DNA of 60,320 nucleotides, counting the filler, from Thelocarpon superellum (Eukaryota): NCBI GenBank assembly GCA_026025795.1. It is 3 parts of 3 records of this genome, joined end to end, with 100 filler letters (N's around TTAATTAATTAA, not from the genome) between each part and the next. Parts side by side here need not be neighbours in the genome. Positions count along the whole stretch, not along the records: positions 40,325 to 60,320 come from JAPEUG010000335.1; 2 more parts are not named here. One strand, given 5' to 3'. The position numbers were made by a program, and so were the translations under genes. Under the pieces are notes generated by a model. It had not been told where the DNA came from. It was given only the letters and a program-made list of their open reading frames with translations, and ran no database searches. This document shows positions 50,056 through 60,320 of the stretch, piece after piece (the stretch's first letter is position 1; every line of letters starts with the position of its first letter).

Positions 50056-52622
50056 GAGCCTATAGCATGGAGATTCGGTATGATTGGGAGGAACTATCCA
50101 ATGAATATCTCATTTCAAACTTAATTCCTGGGATGAATGGCTACAAGATGTTGAAGTCCTTTCTGAAGGCGTGTCTGCAGCTAATCGGAACGAATTGATA
50201 GCATTGCCGCCTACTATTGAAAGTCTGCTTGGGTCTTGCGATACCAATGATATAGAATTCCTTTGCGCATCCCGGGTCGCGCAAGCGTAGGGCGCCGCAA
50301 ACCCGCTCGATCGGGACGGGCAATGGATGAATCGTCTGCAGATGTCCATTCCACAGGCGCCACTGCTCACTAGTGATGGGTGCAGTGGCGCTTTCTTTAA
50401 CGAAGACACATACCGGCGTCTTGTGGAGCCAAATTCACACTAGTGGTGGGCTGCCGACATTCTGGCTTCAACCACGCATGGGTCGTCGGCGGGAGACGAT
50501 GGCGAGGTAAAGCTGCCTCGTCTGGCGTCATCGTCGGCCGCTGCAGGTGGACAGCGCGATCGACAAGCAGCTTGATCCCATCGTCATCACCGAGACCACC
50601 ACTTCACTCACCACCTGGTGAGCCGTGGCTGAAAGATGTCTTCCGTTCTTTTCCCTACATCTGCCGCATCACAGAATGCGAATGACGCCCACGGAGCGCA
50701 CGGAGTGCTCCGTGCCATACATACGACGAGCCGGCTCTCTCGACTTGCGCCCGACGTGGCGTCGCGGTGGCCGGCGCCGGCGTCAGCGCTTGATCGGGTC
50801 CCAATAGGTCGACGCCACGAGTGTAAAGCCTGCCGCATCCGCCGCCGTCGCGCACCCCCCTGCTGTACCAGCAGGGGGGTGCGTCTGGGGACGATTGCTG
50901 GCCCAAACTTGCAGTATTCGGCGATAACATTCCACTCCGCAGACTGCCTGCACCAGTACGCGTACGTCTACAGATGTGACCATGCGACGCTGCGAGTGCA
51001 TCGGATCATACAGGACGGCGTGCACTACTTCATGCGCGCGCACGCAACTCCCTCTGCATCAATCGCACTATCTCGCCGTCGCGGACGTGGTCGCTTGACT
51101 CTGCCACTGCCTTCTACGCCGGCCTTCATAGCATGAGTTTTCGTGCCTTACTGGTACCATACGTTTCGGCTGTGCGGCGTGTCAGGGTCACCGCCAATAG
51201 TCTCCCGGTCCTGGCTCGCTACGAGTAATCGGAAGGCCCCATAATGGCGTATCTTGCGCTGCGGCCGACTTGTGGGAGAATAATACCAAAGGTAGGGCAG
51301 ACCAATCACGGGTCCGGGCCGAGCTCGCGAAGTGGATCAACACGCCAAGGTGTCAGGCCGACGCGCGGCTGACGACCAGCGACCGGCGACCGGCGACTGA
51401 CGACAGACGACAAGAGCGGTGCGAGGGGTGCTGCCGGGATCGACGTTAGGCGCCACCGAGGGCCAAGCTGGGAGGGGAGCATGGCGGTCGAGCGAGTCAG
51501 CATCCACCGCGGCCCCCCCTCCATTGTCCTGGACAAGCCATGGGCGCACCAGGGCGAGCCGGAGCGTGCGTGCGTGAGGCAAGGCATGGTTGGGACAAGG
51601 GCCGCCGCCGCCCGCCGGCCAGACGGGGTAAAAGCCCGCCGTCTCTTTCAACGAAACGATGGGTCGCATCGGACCCGCCGGGGTTGCGACGTGCGAGACG
51701 GGCGACTCGGTCCGTTCACCTGCAGGAAGCACCGGAGGGTGGCGTACTCGTGATGCACTTCCTGCCTACGCCGGACGTCGGGCACGGGGATTCGAGGGCA
51801 GCGTAGCGGGCAACAAGGCAACGAGGCAATGAGGGCTACGAGGGCAACGAGGGAGGAAGGCAGATGACGCTCATCCTTTCCGCGCCCCTCCTCGAGAGAC
51901 ATGCATGAGCGTAAAGCGGTGCGCAGCAGCTCACTACCATGACATCCTGGTCCATGCCCCAGGTGAGTGACACTGAAAGGAGCGCCGTACATGCGAAGTA
52001 TGGTACCATCCCGACATTCCCAAGCCACCGAATAGAGACCAGTCCGGCCACCAATGGTGACCGCGGACAAGCGACGCCTGGACGAACACCGCCCGTGATT
52101 GTGTTCTCACAGAAGAAGCGACCTAGGGCGGATGACGGAGGCGTACGGTGTAGGGTGTAGGAGTAGAAGGGGGCCAATCAAAGAATTGAAGCAGCAGAGC
52201 ACGGCTGGGAGCGCCCGCTCCGCTGGGCGTGCAGCGGACCTGGACATGACGCTGGATTACACTTCGATCCCTCGCTATTGATCGGCGCCTCCCCAAATTC
52301 TTCCCGCCGGACGTGTCACCCTGTGCTGTGTCGCCGCCTCCGCGCCTCTCCACCCCAACCTCATCTTTCAAGGGACGAGGTCACTTTTCCAACGTCGTCG
52401 GCGGTCGTCTCGCATCCACGGCGCCTCGCATTCGGCGAGCGGATCCGACGCAGGCAGCCCGCAGGAAGGCTACCGGCCGAGCGTGACCGCCACCACGACT
52501 ACGGAGCCGGACGACGACCGCGACCACCCCGGACGTACGAGGACGGCGAGTGACAGCCAACCAACGCGCGACGGCGCCTCCGCAAGGCGTGCAGCGTCAC
52601 TCGCTACCCTCGTCATTTGCCT

Positions 52623-52660
52623 CGGACGCTGGACGCTGGACGCTGGCCGCTGGCCGCTGG
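52623..52660. repeat. Degenerate heptamer repeat (GGACGCT/GGCCGCT) upstream of OGT
   Basis: About five tandem 7-mers read directly. Confidence 0.8.
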
Positions 52661-53305
52661 CTCGCTGCTACTGCTACGGCTGCTAGACATCCTGCACGCC
52701 GGCTGTTTGGCGTTATATTCTCAACACGACACCTGTGAATGTCCCCCGTCTCGGGCGGCTCCTTGCATATCAGCATCCCTAATCCGACCATCTCCATCCA
52801 CGTCAGGCCCAATTCTCACATATACCTGCCTACCCTGTCCGTCCTGCCCATCCTCTCCGCCGCCGCTCTCGCCGTCACCGCGTGCTCGACGTCCTTCACC
52901 ACTCACGCTCCGTCGTGACCGGCCTCCATCCCGGCCCCGCCGTCGACGGCGAGAACAACGACGCCGGACTCTGATCCCACCCTTCGTCCCCAGCACCAAC
53001 GTTGGGACCACAGTGCCACGGTGCCACGACCCAAGCACTACTCTGAGCGATGCTACGCCGCCGCGACTCCACTAGACTTGGGATCGGCATCACTACCACC
53101 GACCCTCCGACTCGATGAGCTAGTCACCGCACGCACGCCCGCGCCGCCTGCGGCCTCCTCTGCGCTCTCTGCCCCTCCGCCATCCGCTCCCGCAAGGAGT
53201 CGGGTGGGCGGTTGGCAGCGCCTCTGCTAGTAACTGTGGGCCTCCTCTCACAACCTCGGCGCCGAGTCATCTTCTCCTAGGCGTCCCCGCTGCCGGTCAG
53301 CTACA

Positions 53306-56300
53306 ATGGTCCCTCAACATGCCTCGAACCCCTCGTCGTCTCGCCCGCGCACCCTCCACATACAACCCTCGACCTCATACCCACCTCACCCTGAGCCTGC
53401 ACCTCATCGTGTTCCATATCATCCCTCCCGACCGGCGCCGTCGGGTACCGCCCTCGCACGCTCGTCGCAGCCGGGTGCGCCCAATACACAACCTGGTGTC
53501 CGTCTGCCGACACATACCATTGCGCGAGACGTCTCACACGCCCGCTCCGTCACATCAGAGCATATGCTGAGGAGAAAGACCCCAACTGGCACCTTGGCCG
53601 CCGGCTATGATGGCTCTCCCATCGAATGGGCCCGACCTGACCAGCATACCGTGAGATCCGCCGCCCCACGCACCGCCATCCCCGGCAGTTTGCTGCAGGG
53701 AGGGTCCCAGGAAGCCTACGCCCACAACGCGAGTATCCCGTTCCGGCCGACCAATCGGAACCCTGTTCATGCATACCCATCTGGCAACGAACATCAGGGA
53801 GGCCTGAAGGCGGGACCTGATGCTGGAGGCATGAGCTGGATTCATCCATCCCAATATCGCCCCGGTATCGACTCGGTGCTCAACCAGCTTCCGACGCACC
53901 AAGCCACGGCCTTTTTCCTATCTAATGGCGCCCAGATCCCGACGGTGCTCCAGCCTGCCTACCAACCCTCTCTAGGTCCGACGGCATCCAATGATGAAGG
54001 TCCTTTCGGGCCCTACTGGCCAGATGGCGCTTACATTCCCTACCGGCCCGCTGCGCTCCGTGACCCACGGTATTACAGCGCCGTCGCCACCACCTCGTGG
54101 TCCAGCCATCTACAGGCCGGCCATCACGCCAACCTGCAGCAAGGCGTCTGGTCGCATCCCCGCCCGCTTCCCATTCCCACCTCCTTCGAGCTGTCTATCG
54201 TACCCTCCCCAGGAACAAAGCGCCACGGCGTGCCGACCGAGACGCTGAGACCTCGCGGTGGCCATCGGGGAGCCGGGTGGATGCCATCGGGGGGTGTGCC
54301 TGGATATGGGGGCGCCAGTATCCCATCGTCGTTGCGCTCAGCCTCAAGCATGTTCGCGACCCACCAGGCAGCGGACACGGTGCATCCCAATCTCGGCCAT
54401 GTAGGCGCGAATCTTGCATGGTCGGATCACCGTCAGATCCCGGCCCCCGGTCCAAGCATGCACGCCGAACAGGCGCCCGTCCGGGAGAAGGTCTTGACCT
54501 GGGCCCACAGTGTCTACGTCGACCTGATCGCCGCCATCCAACAAAGTTCCGGCAGGACGGCGCAAATGCGATATGGCACTAGCCAGACACAGCCGCCGCG
54601 CGCCAGCATCTATCCTCGTCCGCCCCGACAGCCGGGCTTGCCGTTCCCAACTTATGCGACGGAACACCAATCGACCTCGCTTCCTGGGGAAGACCTTCCC
54701 TCCACCGGGCCAGGAGAAGGACCATCCGATCAGCATGCCTGCAAGCGCCTCAAACGACAGCCGGACATTGATCCCTCACAACCCCTGGAAGACCACGGGC
54801 GCCGTGATTACCACCCACCCTTGTCCGCCGATCATGCCCGGCGGCTCTCTGATCAGACTTACCGGCCGATGCCAGTTGATGCCGCCTACCAGACGCCCCG
54901 GCCGCCCATGCCTTCCACCGACATGGCCGACCCCACCCTGGCCATACGGCGAACCCCCACTGCCAGCTTTTCGCCCCGATATCCGCAGCCCCCAGACGTC
55001 GTCGCGCACACCACCGCAAATGCACTGGCGGCTTTGGAAATGATCACGCGACACTGTGGCGAATGCGCCTGGCAATGGGTCGACGGCATGCTTCTCGGCG
55101 GCTGTCTCGCCTATGGACTGGGCGACTACGACAAAGCGTTGCGCTGGCATCAAAAGATCCTGGAGATTGATCCTAAGTAAGGCCCAGCATCCCCTCGCCA
55201 CACTGACGCGCTTGACTAAGCAAAGGTGTCACCCTAGCCATGTCGAGGCCATCTCCAATCTAGCTGCGACCCTGCTGTCCCTCAATCGCCGCGAAGAGGC
55301 GGAGCAATACTGGCTGCGCTCGGTCAAGTTGCGACCCAGTTACTTCGAAGCGGTCGAGCATCTGATTGGTCTCCTGTGTGGAGACCATCGCGGGAAGGAG
55401 GCGGTGGACATTATCCAGTTCGTGGAGCGCTCGCTCCGCAACGTCAATCATGGGGAAGCCTTCCGCGCACCCGATCATGGTAGCGACACGGGCAGTGAGA
55501 CTAGTCGTGCCTCGAGCGTTGCGCCCTCCGACTCCTCCGAGCGCGTAGCATTCGACTACGAGGGTGATGAGGCCGGCTCCGTCGCGCGCGACCCTAGCGA
55601 GCCCAGCGCCGCCACCCGCCTGCCCGGCTTCGGTTCGAGCGGCTTCGCAGTGTCGGGCTCGGAGAATGGGCGGATCTTGGCCCTGGTCCACGCCAAGGGA
55701 AACATGCTCTACGCCCTGGGTCACAATGCCGCCGCCGCTCGCGCCTTTGAGGACGCTATCCTCATCGGCGCCGGACGGCGGAAGAGCGGTATCCAAGGCC
55801 TCATCCGACGCATCGCGCGCGCCATGTCTCCCGACGCAGGACCCGGGCGGCCGTCGGGCGCATCCGCCACAACCATCTCCGACCCGATTCTGCTCCCGCC
55901 TGAGCGCGCCCTGCAGACTGCCAAGTCCGTCTTCCCTCACCACGGCGACCTGCCCGGACTCCGCTACATACCCAATGGCATTGCGAAGAAAGCGGCCATC
56001 TCCACCATGAGTAACTCGCTTCTCTCGCTGGCCAAGATCTTCCAGGATGGCATGTCATCCGGTGCGGCGAGCGGACCCAAGCCGGCCACGGGCGTGCGCG
56101 ATATCTTGGCCTTGTACTACCTGTCGCTGGCCCTGCAGCCGAGCCCGTCGACGGCCAACAACGTGGGCATCCTCCTGGCAAGCGTGCAGCAGGCTGCCCG
56201 GCCCCCGTCGATCTCGCCCCCAACCACGCCGCAGCTGCCGGCCCTTCCCGGTGTCGACCCCGGGAGCGGGGTGGCCCTGGCGCTGGCCTACTACAACTAT

Positions 56301-58542
56301 GGTCTGAACCTCGATAATCGGCATGCTCATCTCTACACGAACTTGGGCAGTCTGCTCAAGGACATTGGGCAGCTGGCCGCCGCCATCAAGATGTATGAGC
56401 AGGCCGTGGCCTGCGATCCCAACTTCGACATTGCCCTGGCCAACCTGGCCAACGCCGTCAAGGACCATGGGCGCGTCAGCGACGCCATCGGCTATTATCG
56501 TCGCGCCGTGACTGTCAGCCCGGACTTTGCCGAGGCGGTGTGCGGGCTGGCCAACGCCTTGAACTCCGTCTGCGGCTGGACGGGGCGCGGGGGGGCATTG
56601 AGCTTGCGCGGCGACCATGATCGATGGCACGTGGATGAGCGAGGCATGCTAACGGACGCCCGGGGGCCGTCGGGTCCTTCGGGCGGCTGGATCCGCCGCG
56701 TCGTCGACATTGTGGAGAAGCAGCTAGGCGATGGCGAAGCGTGGGGCCGGGGCGTGCTCACCGACGAGCTTGTGCACACCCTGCTAGGTCGGATGGAGGT
56801 GGCCGACGGCTGGTCGGCCAAGACTCGGGCTGCCATGGAGCGGTCCATCAAGGCGTGGTCCGGTCAGAGCTGGGAGGGCGCCCGGCTGGTGCGGCTCGTC
56901 GAGCGCATCGCCAGGAGGCTCGGATGGCAGTGGTACCAAGATCAGTACGTCCGTGGCGTGGGCATCCGTCCGGCCGCATACGTCCGTCCCCTGCTACCCG
57001 CCGCGCTCTCTGTCCCCGCCGCCCCGACCGTCCTACCCTTCCACACCTTCACCTGCCCCCTGTCGGCCAAGCAAATTCGCCAGATCTCCCAGCGCAACGG
57101 CCTCCGCATCTCTTGCTCGACGCTGCGTGCCCCTTGGCTGCCTGCGACGGTCTACCGGCCCCCGCCCCCCCCGGCCCCCCATCTGAATGTGGGCTACGTG
57201 TCCTCCGACTTCAACAACCACCCGTTGGCGCACCTGATGCAGTCCGTCTTTGGCCTGCACCATCCGTCACGCGTCAAGGCCTTCTGTTACGCCACCACGG
57301 TCGGTGACCAGTCGGTGCACCGCCAGCAGATCGAGCGCGAGGCACCCGTCTTCTACGACGCAAGCTCGTGGTCAGCCGAGCGTTTGGTCCAGCAGATTGT
57401 CGAGGATGGCATCCACATCATCGTCAATCTGAATGGGTACACGCGTGGTGCGCGGAACGAAGTTTTTGCCGCGCGACCGGCACCGATCCAGATGTCTTTC
57501 ATGGGCTTCGCCGGCACGTTGGGGGCAGAATGGTGCGACTATCTCTTGGCGGACGACACCGCCGTGCCGCCAGAGACGCTGCGTCCGTGGCGCGGCAACG
57601 TCGATCTTGTCGATCAGATCCGTGATGCGAGCTACGGCGACGACGCGGATGACTGGGTCTACTCGGAGAATGTCATCTTCGCGCGCGATACCTTCTTCTG
57701 CTGCGATCATCGCCAAAGTGCTCCGGACTCACAAGGACCCCGGGTGAGTTGGGAGGAGGAACAAGATCGACGATGGGGGATGCGCAAGGAGCTCTTCCCG
57801 CAACTGCCTGACGACATGATCGTGCTGGGGAATTTCAATCAACTGTACAAGGTAGGTGTGCGCTCCCATGCTCCGGACGGATCCATCCACTGACACTGCG
57901 TTGCAGATCGAGCCGACGACGTTTCGCAGCTGGCTTCGAATCTTGTCGCGTCTGCCCAACGCCGTGCTCTGGTTGCTGCGCTTTCCCGAGCTTGGCGAGC
58001 AGAACCTGAAACGCACGGCGCAACTGTGGGCGGGCCAAGAGGTGGCATCTCGCGTCCTGTTCACCGACGTGGCCCCAAAACATCAACATATCGCGCGGGC
58101 GCGCGTCTGCGATCTCTTCCTTGACACGCCGGAATGTAACGCGCACACGACGGCGGCGGACGTCTTGTGGTCGGGCACGCCGCTCCTGACGCTCCCGCGT
58201 TACCAGTATAAGATGTGCTCGCGCATGGCGGCGTCGATTCTCAAGGGGGCATTGCCCAAGACGGCCGCCGGACAACAAGCCGCGGCCGAGCTGATCGCCA
58301 GGTCGGAGCACGATTACGAAGATCGGGCCGTCTCGCTCGGGGCCGGGCTGCACTACGGCGTGGAATCTGTCTCGCCCGGCCGCGGACGGGGACGACTGGT
58401 GGAGCTGCGACGATTGCTGTACGAGAGTCGATGGACAAGCGCTCTTTTTGACACGCGTCGGTGGGTGGACGATCTAGAAGAGGCCTATGCCGAGGCGTGG
58501 CGGAGGTGGGTCGCGGGAGAGGGGGGCGACATCTGGCTCTGA
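53306..58542 (+). CDS. OGT: O-GlcNAc transferase (GT41; TPR + catalytic lobes), ~1706 aa
   Basis: Introns 55177-55237 and 57852-57906. TPRs (HVEAISNLA, HAHLYTNLGSLLK, FAEAVCGLAN), LNVGYVSSDFNNHPLAHLM, NLNGYTRGARNEVFAARPAPIQ, FNQLYKI, DLFLDTPECNAHTTAADVLWSG. Confidence 0.93.
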
Positions 58543-59111
58543 TGGACGAGGAGGTTCGACATTTTCAGGATCTCACTTGCGAACGACGATATACCACGGG
58601 CGATGGAATCGGGATTGGAGTTTTTGCTTCCTTGGACGGACAGGCGGGTTTGGAAGGAGAGTGGAACCCGACGCTGGAAAGGATATCTGGAGGCGTTGAG
58701 TGTTCCTTGCGATCTAAAGATAGGGAGGGTGAGAGCCACTGGAGCGGGGAATTGGGTTTGGTGAGGAAGAGGAGACTTTTGGAGGGGTGCCAGCAGCGAA
58801 GTGTTCGCGCGCCGCCCTTCCGTCTTCTGTGTCATCACGTCATGTCATCTGTTCTACAACTTCGGAGAGAGTGACCGATTTTGATGAAGTGCGACTTAAA
58901 GCGGAACCCTTTCTTCTTTCTTTCTTCCTACCTTACCTTATTCGCGGTTGAGCCGTCGATGTCCTTTTCCGAAGCGGATATGGAGGAGACCGAGGGGGGA
59001 GAAGAAGAAGACGACGAAGGAGAAGGAAAAGGAAAAGGAGAAGGAAATTCACCGGCTAAAGTCACGAAGTCACGAGTATGAATAACGACTCTCTGCCGTT
59101 GCGCGACACAT

Positions 59112-59478
59112 ATACCGTACCATACCATACCATACAACTGGGAGATTCTTGACGGGAGCAATGGCGGGTCGACGGGCGACTTGGCGATTTGGCGATTTGG
59201 CTATTGGAAACAACGTGTATGGTAGTCAGGAGGCAGAGATGGAAAATCAATAACCCTAACTTTCTGACATTGACGCCTCGCAGACCGTACGAATAGGCGT
59301 CGTCGAAGGAGCGCCGCAAAATGCGAGGGAGCCTCATGGCAGCTATGCGGCGGAAGCGCACCTCCCAATTGGTGAGTTGACTGGCGACTACAAGCAGGAG
59401 CACTTTGGGGGGCATGACAATAGTAACCGGTTGCTAGCAGACGAAGCGTGGCGTGGCGAAGCGTGGCGTGGCGTGGCG
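59112..59478. repeat. Cluster of short simple repeats: (TACCA)n, (TTGGCGAT)n, (GCGTG)n
   Basis: Read directly at about 59112-59134, 59180-59201 and 59445-59478. Confidence 0.75.
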
Positions 59479-60320
59479 CGGGCGCTCGTCCATGACTATT
59501 GGCCTTGCCAATAGCGACGCCCGGCCACGCCCCAGGCAATACAAGTTGCTATTGCTGGGTCTGGCTGGGCGTCGCTATTGAGGGTAGCATAGGGATGGGA
59601 GTTTGTTCACGTCACCGCTATGGTAACGTGGCGGTGGGTGGCAATCCAATAAATCTAGATTTTCTCACCCTCCACCCCGATCATCTGCCGATCGATCGAT
59701 CGATTGATTGATATGTCGCATGGCCTTGACTTCGTAGCTCTGCATTACCATATCGGACCATACTCACCTACCTTCCCATACCTGACCTCACATTGCCTTG
59801 CCACGCCCCCCTGCTTGGCCCCCAGTGTTGTAGTCCCGGCTACGGGATCGGATCGTGATTCAGAAAGTTTCTTGCCTGCCCGCTTCTCCCAACTTGCCAA
59901 TGACCGGCCCGCCCGTCGGTCGGTCTGACGGATGTACATGTACGAAGTCTTTACAGTACACCTGTCAGTCAGCCCCCAACGAAAGGTTAGCTGCGAGCAA
60001 ACGAGCGATCGAGCGATCCTGCAGCGGAAGCGACCGGGTACTGACTGGCCGGACAGACGTTGCGGTTGGTAGTCGCCAACATGCACGAGCCTGCCAACTA
60101 CTGCCCACTGCACCCCTAGTACGAAGTACTCGTGGTTGGGCACGGAGGTTTCCTGCCCCATGATCTCACCAACATAGTTCACGACGTGCCTACTTTAGCG
60201 TCCGATGCGGGCAAGGAGTGGGCAGAACTCGTCTGGTATGCTAGTGATGGTGGCATCTAGCGGCTCCGCCGTCCTGCACGATGAGGGCAGTTTGCTCCAT
60301 CGTGCTTATTCCTCGTATCT

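Noticed and set aside
58881..59081. Acidic 66-aa ORF
   Set aside because: Translation of a GAA/GGA purine-rich simple tract; no other coding evidence.

Overview
GC-rich, intron-containing DNA from a filamentous ascomycete (Pezizomycotina-type genes, GT..CTRAC..AG introns, mostly ~45-100 nt). The window is not one locus. Two identical 100-nt artificial linkers (44 N + TTAATTAATTAA + 44 N, at 20111-20210 and 40225-40324) join three ~20-kb contigs, so synteny across them means nothing. Contig 1: hotdog-fold thioesterase (5'-partial), acrB, CDH1, PHO13, PDX1, a mitochondrial membrane protein, a proline-rich orphan and SMC1. Contig 2: choline/GABA-type APC permease, a short SerB-like HAD phosphatase, ASH1-like SET methyltransferase, ERF2, a small single-TM protein, an EGF-containing single-pass protein, a weak hypothetical ORF and a partial APH-like kinase. 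Contig 3: a C2H2 protein (5'-partial), SEC23, RPL12, a lower-GC accessory patch (membrane-protein pseudogene, small secreted protein) and O-GlcNAc transferase. I found no tRNA, rRNA, CRISPR array, transposon or biosynthetic cluster, and no large new multi-gene system. The best leads are (i) a predicted 1-nucleotide exon next to a 9-nt exon, together building the thioesterase active-site motif; (ii) a divergent permease plus atypical minimal SerB (DFDGT) gene pair; (iii) tandem PAM2-like motifs in an orphan protein; (iv) an EGF-bearing type II membrane protein. All family calls come from motif recognition by eye, not database searches.
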